DNA of 64,000 nucleotides from Camelus ferus (taxonomy: Eukaryota), in NCBI RefSeq assembly GCF_009834535.1, contig NC_045729.1, forward strand, positions 3,906,001 to 3,970,000, read 5' to 3'. The position numbers and the translations under genes are program-made. A model generated the notes under the pieces. That model was not told the origin of the DNA. It searched no databases and worked only from the letters and a program-made list of their open reading frames with translations. Below, piece after piece: positions 35,401-48,500 of this stretch (position 1 is the first letter of the stretch; each line of letters starts with the position of its first letter).

Positions 35401-37999
35401 CAGCCAGGTCTGCTTTAAGGAACAGCTAAAACATACCAGCAATGTGGAGCCCGCACTGGATGCAGATCATGTGTTAACCCATCCTGGGCTTTCTCCCTTT
35501 GTCTCCCTCTGAGTAACTGTCCAATCTAAAAGATAATCCCGGCCCAATCTAATGTAATTTCCAAAACCTAAACTGATAGAATCCACGAGGTTCTGCAGCC
35601 AAGGACGCCAAACCCAAACCACCAAGACAAATGAACTTATTTTGCATTGAATTCATTCCTGAGGTTCTGAGAACTCATCTCTCTTCAGGCAAATCTGTGT
35701 TCCTTTATTGCTCTCAAATTTTTCAGTCAAGACCCAAGCCAGTCAATAACTTATATTTAAAATGCAGGATTACTGACTGCTGTATGGGAATGAGAGGCAA
35801 AAACAAAAAACAAAAAACAACAAAAAAAAAACTTGGATTTTCAAAGATTAAAAAAGCAGTAATGTATTTTACACACGGACAAATTTCTGGGTGTAAATTT
35901 TGAAGACATTCAAATGTGTAAAGTTTTCCATGTGTAATATTTTACCTGACAACACAAATTCTCTCCACAGATGAAGAACACTGTTATACAGACTTTATTT
36001 CATCATTAAGGGAGGCCTCAGCCACTTGCATTCAACATTCTAATTTAAATGACAATGATAATGTTTTGTCTTCGGAGGGGGAGGAATAAACAACTCTACC
36101 ATCTCCTAGTCTATGTGTCCTCTCTAGAATGTCAACTTGGCCCAATTACATTTATTTTTCATGTAGGGAAATAACAGGGTTTGTTCCACATGGGTGCTTT
36201 GTATGTGCATAGAAATTTCACCATTTAATTTTCATGTCTGGAAGGAAAGGAGCTTATAATTACGCCAGGAGGTATAACTATAATTAGGTTTTCAAATACC
36301 ATAGGTATCCCTATGATCCAATTGTAAAATAACTGAGACTTCTAGCACTGTGTTATTGGCCTGGCTTTCTTCCCTCCTTGAGCCATCACATTCCTCTATC
36401 CTCTGGAAGCATGAGAAAATCTTATAGTTAAAAAGGTTTTCTCTCTCTTTTTTCTCTTCAAGATAAAGAAACCAAGCTAATACAAACTGCTACTAGTATT
36501 TAACACTGATGAGACTTTCATATGTACTAGTTGACGCTTAAAAAAATCATCATGGCAGCTATGAGTTATACCCAGCAAAACAGGTTAATAGCAAGCTTAT
36601 ATAAGTATATTGAATCTTATTATCTCTGGTAATGATGCTAATAGGACTCTGCAATAACAAATTCCTCATTGAGGTCATACAGTGAGTGCACTCTACACAT
36701 GCTCCTTTATGCTTATATTACGCAGAAGAGGAAACACATGTACAATGTATAGGTCTTACTCAAGTCCAAGCAGCACGTTTGTGTGTGTGATTTTTGTGTG
36801 TAGAGGTGGGAGGCTGTTGGGGGGAGCATACAGTGAAACTATTTTTCCTGAGCTGCCCTCAAAAAAAGAGTAGGGTATTTCTTGATCTATATAGGCCAGT
36901 GTGTGATAAATAATATTATATATAACTACACATATTCCCACTTTTCTGTACTGCTTCCATTCTGGAAAAGAGAAAGATAAAATGAAAATAAGCAATCTCA
37001 ATTCTTGATTGTATGATCTAATTACTGGAAAGACCAGGAGGGTCTTTAGGGAAAAGACAAACGTATGAGAAACAAGAGTATGTGAGCATGCTACTAAAGC
37101 ATTTATAAACATACCTAATAATTTTATTCCAAATATTTTTTAAGAGCCAACTTCCATTCAAACATACCCCACTTGTTACTAAAATCTTATGAGTATATAA
37201 AATCCTGTGAGTATATAAAGTATGCGCAGAAACCCAAAGTCATGTTGAAGCAACCAATTGACTCCAGGAAATAAAGGAAAACAGCTTCAAATAAGATAAG
37301 ATCCTTTAAAGAACTAAGTGATTCTCAGCATCCAGGATTAGCAGAAAACAAAATTAGAGGATCTATTTAGTAACTTGTGAGGAAGACAGAACGTTCCTGA
37401 ACAATTGGAAATACAAGGAGGCAGTTCACACTCAGTTCCAGGTTTGTCCCCAATAAATTTGCATCACTCATTTCTCATATAAAACCTATTATGGGAGGGG
37501 GCACTGAGCACTTGGACAAAATGTCCACAGTGTTGGAAACTTTTTATGAACTGACCTGGGGGTAAAAATAACTTAATGAGTATAGAAGCTGACATTCAAA
37601 AGACTGAGGTCTTGTCCATAGTAAATGTAACCATGTAAACATCCCCCTGGACTATCATTCTACAGACTTTTTAGGTACTTGATAAACATCTTCACTTTTT
37701 TACTTTTTTTTTCGGATTATTCCCTTTCCTTGTGAAAAAATATTGTTACCATGACGCTACTCCTAAAAATTTAGTTTCATATGAAAGAGCTGAAGAGGAG
37801 GAAAATTTTTTTTCCTTCACTGATTTAAAAATAACTCAAGCTATAAGAGATTCCTAAAGCAGACTCCCTCTTCTTTTTTCTAAAATGCATATGAAACCAG
37901 GAACGGAGGACTATCAAATAAGAGGACTCCATGTAATTTCAGATTTTGAAATTAAACAAAATCGCAGCCCCTTGGACAAGTCAGTAAGCCCTGACTGAT

Positions 38000-38030
38000 G
38001 GGGGGGGGGGGGGCTGGGGAAGGTGCGGGG
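38000..38030 (+). repeat. G14 run plus two G4 runs; G-quadruplex potential
   Basis: ggggggggggggggctggggaaggtgcgggg. Confidence 0.8.
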
Positions 38031-40976
38031 ACATAAAAGGAGGTCTTTTAATCCTTCTTGCTCCCTCGTCCTCCAAATACACGTGCCTGAGCAAACGTAA
38101 AATAATCACTCGTCTTAGAACTCCAGGCCTATAAAGATTAATTTATTAGCCTTCAATAATTCCAAGAAGTAACCAGTTTGAAAATCAGAGGCAGAGAGGT
38201 TAGATGATTCACTAGGAATTCTACGAGTCACCCTTCCAACTTGCTCTCTTCGGGTCAGTGCTGGATGTCAGCACTGAGATCTGATATGAGGTTGGCCTAA
38301 AAGTAGCCTGCGAGAAAAGACCTCTTCTAAAACAAGACAAATCCAGACTGCCAACAGCAAAGCACGACAGACGTTTCCTGTTCCCTCAGTAAATGGCAAC
38401 AACCCTAATGTGGACAACATTCTTAATCCTTGGCAGGAAGAAACAATAAACACGAGACCCCCATTTTGAATTCCTAACTCCTGTAAACTCACCTCATATC
38501 AAATCTTTCACAAAAATCTGTGTAACTAGTAATGTAAGCTAAGCACACAACAGCTACCCTTTTATCAATTTGGGGGTATTACCATGATTGCTTCTGCTGA
38601 TGACATCCCAAAAACTGGTTTTTCACTCTATGATAATAAATGTTATCATTGGCAAAGAATAGAAACATCAATAAAAACTCAGATCTCATGCAACATTTCT
38701 TTCGATCTGTGTTTCATTAAAATACAGAAATGAATGTTAATATGCTATATTCCTCCCAGGTGGCCCCGGGAATGGCCACATTAGCCATTTATACATTAGA
38801 AACCCTACACTTAGGCATGTAGAAAATCAAAAACCTACCCTGGAACTTTGATTTCTCCAGCAGATCTTGGAACTAGCATATCAACCACAAGATGACTCAA
38901 AACCAGCATTCTGTTATGCCAAAAAAATTCTTTACTCCAAAAGGAATAGATGTATTCAGAAAGTAGTTAAATTTAGCGGGCTAATGGCTAATTTCAAAAT
39001 ATTCTATATTCATTACTCATAATTCAACTTAATCTTTCATCCAGTGTTTAAAACTTAAATTGTGAAGCTTAAAATTGACAAATAATTGGGGTGTCTTTCC
39101 AGAGCACAGCCTCTTTCAACCATAAGACATCTGATATGAGCTATTCATAATTTTATGTAAAATGGTGTCCAGTATGTTTAAAAGAATAAATATACTTGAC
39201 AATAGGATAAGGATGATTAACATAAAACAGGGGTTTTTTTCCCCAAAAAATAGTATTTCTTAAAAGGATGTGAGCCAATGAAAATACAAGCTTGCTAATA
39301 GGTACAAGGCTTTAGAGCTTTAGTTCTGTCTTTGCAGTGCTGTATCATAGCCAAGTGACTGTTACTTCTTAGAGAAAGGGGAAAAGTTGGGTTAAAATAT
39401 TTTTTGCTTTCAATCCTGATTTATGATTTCCTCTAAAGAAAAGCACAACTTCTGCCAAGAAGACAAAAACAAGGCTTAGCTTTCACATCAGAAAGGAAAA
39501 AAACAAATAAACCAGCAGCAACCTTTTTTGCATATAATAATCACCATTATTTAGCCCATTCAAGACACACAAAAACCAAAGAAAGGAATAAGGAGTCTAT
39601 AGTCTTAACCGGATATGCAGAAAATAAGAAACCAGAAAAGCCATATTTAGAGAACTTTCCAGAGCTTTTTCAGCTCTCACCAGAAACAAGCGGTTATTGT
39701 ACTTTCTATGACCTTAGCCACAGGAAAGAGATGCCCTTCTTCCACCATGCTATCTCTCTGAATCAAATAATTTTTGTAAAGAACCAGAAGGAGCTGGCTA
39801 TTCTACCAAATCACAGACCCTTATTGTTGAAGGGGGACCGAGCCAACATCTACATTCAACTGTCCAGTCAAAGCCTGAATGTTTTCCGATGCATCTGCAA
39901 GAATCCTACAGCCTCCTCTAAATGGCTAGACTCACTGGGTTACTGGAAGGGCCTCCCTGAGTCAGACCGCCTGCCCCACCCCAGCGCCACCACCAGCTGA
40001 GGACTGTCCTCAGGGATCACAACAATACAAGCCTTATTTCCCTCTTCTGCCTGGCAAGCAGACAAGTTTTTTAATAGCTGTCCTGTCCCCTTAACTTCCT
40101 AGAACATCAAGCCCCAAGTCTTCAAACCACTCCTAACAGGACAAAAATTCCCAGCCCCTGGTCACACTGTCTCTACACCTCCATCACTGGAAACCTTCCA
40201 ATTTGGCAACATCCCTCTTAAAACAGAGTGTATGGAGTCCAGCACTAGAATCTCTGACTCAGAACAAAAAAGGACCATTATCTCCAAGAAACTGGACACT
40301 AACTTGTGTTAATTCTGCTAAACGTGGTCAGGTTACCTTAACTTTCCGTTCGCAGGGCATTCCAATGTTTGCCCTCGACAAAGACCCCCGGGAAGCTTTC
40401 GTCAAATCAAGTTATCACCACTTTGAATTAAGATGAAAATCCACAACATGACATAGTGCCCTGTTAATTAGAATCTTATCAGCTTCACTTGACCATGTCA
40501 TTGTCTACAGATTATTTTTCTGAATTTTGACTGTCACCGGCTGTCTCTCCCAGCTAGGTTTCAACCACAACTCCCCCAGTCACTGAATAAAATGCTGAAT
40601 AAGAACCCTGCGGTGAGCTAAATTCCAAACCATTTCCTCCCAGCGCACATCTTTTTTTTTAAGCAAGAAAAATACAAATTTTCATAAAGCAATCATTTTA
40701 AACAGAACAGCTTCACTAGGCTGAGAAGACTGGTGAACGCCAACATGGAAGGAATAAGTGGTTAAAAAAAAAAAAAAGAGCTTCGTTGGACCGAGTATGG
40801 TGGCGACCCCAACAGCTGTGATGTCCCCACCACCGTTATTTTGATGATGCTCAGCTCTGCATTATCTCCAGAATTTAGCAGTCTTACCAGGATTGCCAGT
40901 TAATGACTATCTGTTGCCAGTTCGAAGTCATTTACTATAATACGCATCTAAGCATTCAGTGTTAGCCAGATGGGTA

Positions 40977-41133
40977 CTGTTTTGTTTTGCTTTTTTATGT
41001 TCTGTTTTTGGGCCAGGGAGAGGTAATTTGGTTTATTCATTTATTTACTTTTAAATGGAGGTCCTGGGGAATTGAACCCAGGACCTTGTGCACGCTAAGC
41101 ACACACTCTACCACTGAATTATATCCTCCCATC
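40977..41133 (-). mobile_element. Camelid tRNA-Ala-derived SINE
   Basis: Reverse head gaattgaacccaggaccttgtgcacgctaagcacacactctaccactgaattatatcc; 14-bp TSD tagccagatgggta (40963-40976) / taaccagctgggta (41134-41147). Confidence 0.93.
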
Positions 41134-41773
41134 TAACCAGCTGGGTATTTTTAAGCAGCCCTGATATCAAATTAAATTTTGCTGAAACACTGGCATTCCC
41201 CAAAGACGCCTTTTTGTGCCCTGCTTAATTCTGTGAGACAGCTGGTTTATCCAACGCACTAAGCAAGAGTTGCTTATAAACTGCCTCTTTAGTGATTTAA
41301 ATAATACATACAATTCAGAAAGCATTCTAGTTACCCAGTTGGAAGACCTGAAGAAGGGGAGAAAAGTAGGACTCATTTGATCTTTGACCACAGACATCTC
41401 CCTGTTCTAACAGAGGACACCCTAAAGTGTTCTCAAAGGTCCAGGGGATTACTAAGACAATCAGATGAGGGCCAGCGATATAAATGATGTGAACAGAATC
41501 CCTGGAGCTGTGCGGGCTAGGTCCCTGAACATAAGGTTCAAAGAGACAAGGACTGTTGTTAGAAACCTTTTCCTTATCATCTTACCTCTCATGAACTTCG
41601 TCAACAAGAACTGTTTTCTACTCAATTAACAGATCACCAATTTGTAGGAAACCAGTGGCCCCTGGAGAGTTAGCCACAGAACGCGAAGGGTGCTTACTGA
41701 GAACTCATCAGGCACCGGAGAGTCTTCCATCACACCTCACCTAACACATCAACTCCAATAATACGCTGATACT

Positions 41774-42237
41774 TGTTGCCGAAAAACCGGCCTCTGTACC
41801 CTGACAGCCGGATTGAGAGTCGGAGGCAGAGTTTTGGGAGAACTGGAAAAGAACAGCTTTATCGCTTTGTCAGGCAGGCAAAGGGAGTCACAGCGGACTA
41901 CTGCCTTAAAGACCGTGAACCCATCTTGGGGTAAGGGTCCTGGGGTTCTATAGAAAAATGGGGACAGGAGGGTGATACCAATCAGGGTGTGAACAGGGAC
42001 TACATTTCCTTCTTCTTGACAAGAACTTGCTGTTTTTATGGAGGAATTTAGGAGGCTCTGCCCATTTTCTTGAAGTTCAGTCCATGACCTTTTCCAAGAA
42101 CTCGAGGGTAAAAAGATAAGCTATTCTAAGAAAAGAAAATCCACAAGGAGGGGAGTGTGTTAGTCACAAGACCAGCCGAGCTAGAAGCACAGGCCCGAAC
42201 AACTCACTAGCCATCTTGTCAGTTCTCTCCTCTTTCA
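41774..42237 (-). mobile_element. ERV1-type solo LTR, 464 bp
   Basis: Minus strand begins TGAAAG and ends CGGCAACA (TG...CA); 4-bp TSD tact / cact; poly(A)-signal-like gcGATAAAgc about 70 nt from the 3' end; TATA-like CTATAGAA at 41953-41946. Confidence 0.82.
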
Positions 42238-44179
42238 CACTCTTGGCTTCTGCAGGGCGATTCATGAAGTCGGTTCATACATGGCAAACAGGCTGTTTAT
42301 CCAGCAGGGCTGTCAAAGGCCTTCAGCCTCCAGACAGTTAAGAGAGCAGTTGGGGGCAACCTATCTGTAAGCCACAAAGGGCTGCAGAAAAACGCAACAC
42401 AACAGGGCACAAAACAGCATTCACAAGGCGCCCTGGGGCGCACAGTCCCAACCCAGCTGGACTGAGGGGTGACAGAGGCAGCACTGTTGAGGGCTCACGG
42501 GAGAGATCAGACTTGTCAGTCATCGGTTTAAAGACGTTTCGCCTGAGTTCATCTTTATTTTCAATAAAGATGCCCCAACCCAAGGCAGTGACCAGGGTCA
42601 TGCTGTGGTATATTAAGTTCAGTGTCACCAAACAGCCTTGAACCAGAGGAAAGAGGAAGAAACCTTCCCCCCATGAAACGCTATGGAGTCACACTCTGGC
42701 CCGTGGGCTGAAGATGGACAAATTTTCCTCTCCCGTCCTCAGCCCTGTCTGTCGCTTCATCCTGACCGAACTGCAGGTCCCATTGCACAGCACGCCTCCC
42801 TCAAAGCTACCCAAACAGCTGTCCTCCGCTCCCGCCATCCCTCCTTTAAACCGACCCAGAGCATCAGGGCTCCTGACAGCAGTTCAGGGCCACTCTGCGG
42901 GGAGACTGGCTCTGGGGCTGACCATCAGTGATTACTGCCGCAAAAGGCCACCTTGACCCCCCAAACCTACCACAGCTCAATTCTCTTCATTAACAATGAG
43001 TGTCTCTATTCAAAAGACGGAAAAGAAAAAGGCCCACAATACTTTCCCTTTGAAATGCAGTCTGCAGGTGATCAGAATTTAAAACATAGCATCCTACCGA
43101 ACAAATTCAACATTTGGCCTTAGGCAGGCACCCTGGTGAATCCAAACAAAAGCCCTGTTGGAACTGATTAGAAATGTTTGGATCAAAAGAATTTCAGAGC
43201 CCGAAATGTTCAGGAACATCTAACTCATCCCCCTCCAACTCGTTTTAAAGACAAGGAAAACTAGGGGTCAGGGGTTCCTGAGGGGCAAAAACAAAGCTGA
43301 AACGAAGTCTGCTCATCAGAAGTCAGCACTCCATGTTCCACAGGCTCCTTCAATGTCTTCAAATATCTCTGTCTCCTTATGGACCGGGAGTCTGTCACAG
43401 TTTATTTTTAAATGACAGAAAACCTATCCATTTAAAAACACACTGTTTTATTTCTAGATGACAGCTCGACATACAATCTTCACATCCTTCAGCAACACAT
43501 CAACTTGAGATCAAAAATCACTGGTTCCATCAAAGGAACAGGAGGAAAATGAAAAGCCAAGCACTAGCGGGGCTGCCACAGAGACTTCAGCCAGAGAACG
43601 TGTGAGCACAGATGGGGTTCTCCCAGGGCCTGGGAAGGCAGGACAGAACATAAAAGCTGTCAAAAGATGACTCGGCTGGTCACCTGCAGGTAACTTAAAT
43701 TACACAATGTCATCAAGTGTTTGGGGCTTTGTTTTGTTTTGTTTTTCTTCCTATTTTGAGGATTTCCAAGACCTTCCATGCAGCCATCTTTCTAGTGCTC
43801 AAACAACTCCCCAATTTACAATGTTTCTTTAAAACTTCATCAGTTGCTTTTTGGAGGTGGAAAGGACGTAAATTATAAATAAAGCCAGTTCCTCCTAGCT
43901 AATGCCAGGCTTAGAAAGCTGGGACTAGCAGAGGTCTGTAGCCCAGGGTAACCACGATTATTTTTAGCATCGCAGTGGGCAGGGATGCAGAGAGGGACAC
44001 TTCGATCTCAGCAGAGGTGCCACCCTCTTTGGGAATTCTGCCTGACCCAGGCCTGGGCGAGGTGCTCCCCGAGGACAACGAGCAGCCCTGTATCAGGTCA
44101 CGTTCTTCTGGAGCCTTAACCAGGTCTGCCGTGATCATAAACAAACTGGAACTGTCACGTGCCACCTTACAGAATTCAC

Positions 44180-44410
44180 TTTCAGTATGAGCTATGTGAG
44201 CTTGGGAAGTTTTCTGTATCAGTTTTCTCACTTGAAAATGGGAGTAAGAGTACCATCTCAGGTTCCTTGATTGTAAAAAAAAAAAAAAAAAAAAAAGAAC
44301 ATAACCATATCCACCTCCGAGCGAATGTAAAGATTTAAGCACCTATGAGTCAGAGCACATAAAAGCATTGCAACATCACAAGGAGTCAATAAACACCAAC
44401 TATTATTACT
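44180..44410 (+). mobile_element. MIR with an internal poly-A run (about 44275-44296)
   Basis: atgtgagcttgggaag...ttttctcacttgaaaatgggagtaagagtaccatctc...aataaacaccaactattattact. Confidence 0.75.
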
Positions 44411-44582
44411 GCCCTTACAGATCCTAACACATTAGATGTCCTTATCCATGCTTTCTTTTAACCTTCACCGGCAGATAAGCCTTTGTACATGATGCAGAGA
44501 AAAACAAGCTTTGAAATCAGACAGGATGGGGTAGCACCCAGACTCTGCTATGTACTACATCTCATTAATTTAAAAGATACAC

Positions 44583-44677
44583 TTTTTTCCATTATAGTTT
44601 AATCCAAGTTATTAAATCACTTTGCTGTACACCTGAAACTAACACAACATTGTAAATCAACTATACTTCAATTTAGA
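44583..44677 (+). mobile_element. Short L1 insertion with a 5' inversion (twin priming)
   Basis: 44583-44613 is reverse L1 3' UTR; 44614-44673 is the forward terminus aaatcactttgctgtacacctgaaactaacacaacattgtaaatcaactatacttcaat; TSD atacac (44577-44582, 44678-44683). Confidence 0.82.
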
Positions 44678-45289
44678 ATACACACCTTTCCACATTTTAA
44701 CATCGCTGAAACTGAAATGTGTCGTCATGTTCAGTCAAAGTGGGTACGATCTCTGATCTTGAGTGTTATTTAATCTCTGCAAAACTGGTGATATTACCTC
44801 CCTCTCCTAGGTAGCAAAGTGCACATAACAATCATTTAACCCCCGAACGCACAACAGGCAGCCCTGACAGACCATTTCGTTTTGCACCTTTAAGGGTCCA
44901 GGGTCTTGTATATAGGAGATTCTTAGGAGGTGAATAAATATTTGTATCTATGTAATGGAGCAACCTATTATCCATGGAAGTTTAAAAACAGGACCTATAT
45001 CCATTCCAAGCTAACGTATGCGGATGTCCCTGCTGGAGTGGCCTGCAGAAAAGGTCAGAGGCTTTAAGAATAGGAACTCTCAGGAGGGGCAATGGATGGA
45101 CATCCAGAGACCTGTGCAAGGACACATAGCTGCTCTCAGCACCCCACCCAGAGCCTCAGACGACTGTCCAGCCCCGACATGGAGCCACTGACAGCATCTA
45201 AATCCCAGCTGAGACCACTGGTAGCGTCAATATCAGGGTCAAGGTTCACACGGTAAGGCCAGACAGGACAGGAAGGTACTTTTTACAAA

Positions 45290-45500
45290 TCCAGTTACAA
45301 TTCTTGACATGTGGTAAGTTACCCAGTTTTGAGCACTTACTTCATTAAGCTCCGCTAAACCCTTCACAACCACCCTATGAAATACAGCTGAGCTTCTCAG
45401 CATTCCTGTTTTCTGAGGCCCAGCGTTTAAGTCACACCTTAATAAGGCACAGAAATCTGCCTGGCTCCATAGCCTGTGTCCTTAACCACCGTGTCTTCTC
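45290..45500 (-). mobile_element. MIR
   Basis: ttttgagcacttac...ccttcacaaccaccctatga...ctgaggcccagcgtttaagtcac. Confidence 0.6.
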
Positions 45501-48500
45501 CTGGCTATGAACATCAGCAGGGGAAGGGGGCCAGGTTCTCCTAAACTCCAAGGTCTCACCAAGCAGCATCCTTGCCAGGAGTGTGTCAGGTCCTGCTCCA
45601 GGCAGATAGAGACAAAAGGGGCAGCAGATGGGGTGGTTCTGTAGGTGTCTTTTCAGCGGGTTTCCAAGCCCAGGGAGTGCTGCCTCTGCCCTTGGCCTCC
45701 GGCCAGCCCCAACAGGCTATGTTTTTTATTTGACCTTTTTCCATTTTGCTCCATCTTGATGTAGTTCCCAGAGCTCCAGGCAACACCCTGCAGATCACCT
45801 CTGGTCCTTCCTTTTCCCGATAGGCTTCCTCCACCTTTTTCTTTTCTCTTTTTAAAAGATTCTGGTTCTTCAACAGTTTCTCTCCTAACCACAGTTATTT
45901 CTCTCTACCCAGGACTGCACTTCCTGGCCAAGAAACTCTCTCTTATTCATCCTTTGCAGATGTGAGTCACAATGAAAAGTCATAGTTGGAGATTCCTCAT
46001 CTGAATTTTCCAGAACGCCAATGATAAATGCACATGAGCAGGCATGTTAGAGGGATGGAGAAGCCAGCGGAAGACCTGAACAACGTTACAACGTTCCTTG
46101 CCCCCAAGTAGGAGGTCTGTCCCTCGCACCACCAGATCACCTGAGCCCCCAGGGATCACCCAGAGAAGGATCATCCAAGTGGAAGGTTCAAGAAAACACG
46201 CCGAGTGTTCGAGTCTCCCTCAGCCTTCCCTCTACAGCAGTCACTCTGCTGCATTAACTTCCTTCTCATCTGAAGAAACCTGGAGAGCCTTTTATTTTAC
46301 TCTGTCTCCCACTTCTAGGCAATATGGTAAACCAGCTGGTACATCACCCACTTCGCACGCCATCACCAAACCGTCACGTCCCTCCAAGAGGTTGAGGGAT
46401 GTATGTTTTGAATGCAGAACCTCAAGCCAAGGCAGCTGGAGTTGTTCTGTTTCTGAATTCGGGGCAGTGACCTGTTTCTCTCTCCACTTCACCCGTAATT
46501 AAAGCAGGCTAGCAACATCTCCCGTGACTTGGCATCACGGAGCACCCGGGGGATAACGCAGATCGAGGCAAAGGCACAAGGGGCACAAAGGAGCTGAAGG
46601 GGGTGCTCACTGGAAGTGAGGGTCATGGGTCAGAACACACAAACTCCATCACCCGTGCCGGTACCAGGTCCAAATCATCCACGACTCAAACTACTGAGAC
46701 AATGGGTCGGCTGAACCCACCACGTCCTTCCCTTACTAGAAGACAGGACACGCAGGAGAACAGGGCTCACTTTTGCAGATGCGACTTACTCTGCAGTTGG
46801 AAAGAGATTATGTACGACTTTGGCCTTGTTTCTTCGCCCCACTCACACCACAAACCATACCAGACGGTTCCAGACGCTTGCTGAGTACAACTGGCTTTTG
46901 GAAATGCCAGAAAACTGACTCATTTTTTTTCAAGTGCATTAACTTGTCCTTTGGCAACAGAACTCCTAAATCATCCTCCTCACCCATGACTAAAATGCTG
47001 TATCAGGTCACTTCAACAAAAGCTAGACTCTCTCGGGTTCGCCCCCCATCCCTACGGTCCTCTGGGATGTTCTGGGTTTCATGGTGTGTGTGCCTTACCT
47101 GCCTTTTACGATGGCAGGTAACCCATTACATCTACAAATTCAACATGAATTAAATATCTCAGACACACTTGCATTTATATACACATATTAATATTCCAAA
47201 CATGAAATAATTCATGCTTGGGAAAAATTATTCAATTACAGGCCAGTCATTTCACAAATATAGAAGCCGGTCCCTGCTACACTATAACCAGGTGTAAATA
47301 TTATCCAAGTGGCTCATAAACTTCTGAGAGGCTAGAGGTCTGTTTGATTTATCATTGACAAAAGGGTAGGACCTCTTCCTTCAGTTTTGCTAAAGGCTGC
47401 AAACTCTAACTTTGCAGATAAAGGGACTTACCAACCTGGTGGGATTTCGGTGCTACATATTTTGTCTGTTTCTGTTTTTTTCTTTCTTTTAGATTCTTTG
47501 GGACAGGGTCGTGGTCCCTGCTGTGCTCCGACCAGACCTCATGTGTAGGGCCAGTGTGCCCATCCCAGGCTGCTGTTGGTTCCCAGGGAAAGCCCTCAGC
47601 CAGCTGCAAGACACTACTTCACTCAAAGTTACGCTCCCAAGAGGGGCGGCCAGCTGCCAACAACTGAGCTGATTCAGGAAAACAGAGGTCCAGCCCTTTG
47701 CCTCACTCAGAGACAACTGGGAAGGGCCACCCAGCTCCAGAGCTCCCCATTACAGGCAGCAGGGCCTCAGATACACCCACATCGCCAGGCAGCTTGTCCT
47801 CGCCCTTAAACTCCCTGAGCATCCAACACCTGGCGTGCTTCCAGCGAATCCAACCAAAGATGAGCAGTTTTTCTAAGCGTAAGAAGTCATTGTTTACATT
47901 GCACTGAGGACATTAAGGGCCCTAGAGAAACACGTGCTGTCAGAGGTCCAGTGAAGGCCCAAGACAGTATTTGAAAAGTACCTGTGAGTCCGTTTAAAAA
48001 TCACAAATTTGGGGTAATCAGCTCAGCTCACTTTCTGAACACCCACCCAATGCGGTCAACAGGACAGGAGCATCACAAGTAAGGGAGGTGAGACTCGCCG
48101 GTCATCTGTGCTGATATCAGAGCATCACGTGGTACTGAAACCAACACCAGGGCACGGCAGGGGCGGGGTAGGCGGCGGCGGATCTGTGCTTTTCACCCCT
48201 AACCATTATAGTGGACCTCCTCTCCCTCCATAAACACACTTGCTTATAACCTCAGATCCCAGGAAATCTTTACTATAAAGCTACTTGAAAAGAACAGTTG
48301 CACATGTAAGTATGAAAATGAGTCCTGATGACTTGAACCCCAACATTCCAAACTTTCAATCACCGGGAACAATTCCTGGAGCTGATGGATTACCGATGAC
48401 TCCGTACTAATCTTTACTGCGGCCCTCGGAGAGCAGGAGTCAAGAGCTACTGCACCCGGGCTGCCCAGGAGGCAGCGCCCGCTCCCAGAAAACCTCCAGG

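Noticed and set aside
47460-47500. Plus-strand pyrimidine tract and acceptor (ttttttctttctttag|)
   Set aside because: No matching donor downstream, and other evidence points to a minus-strand transcript.
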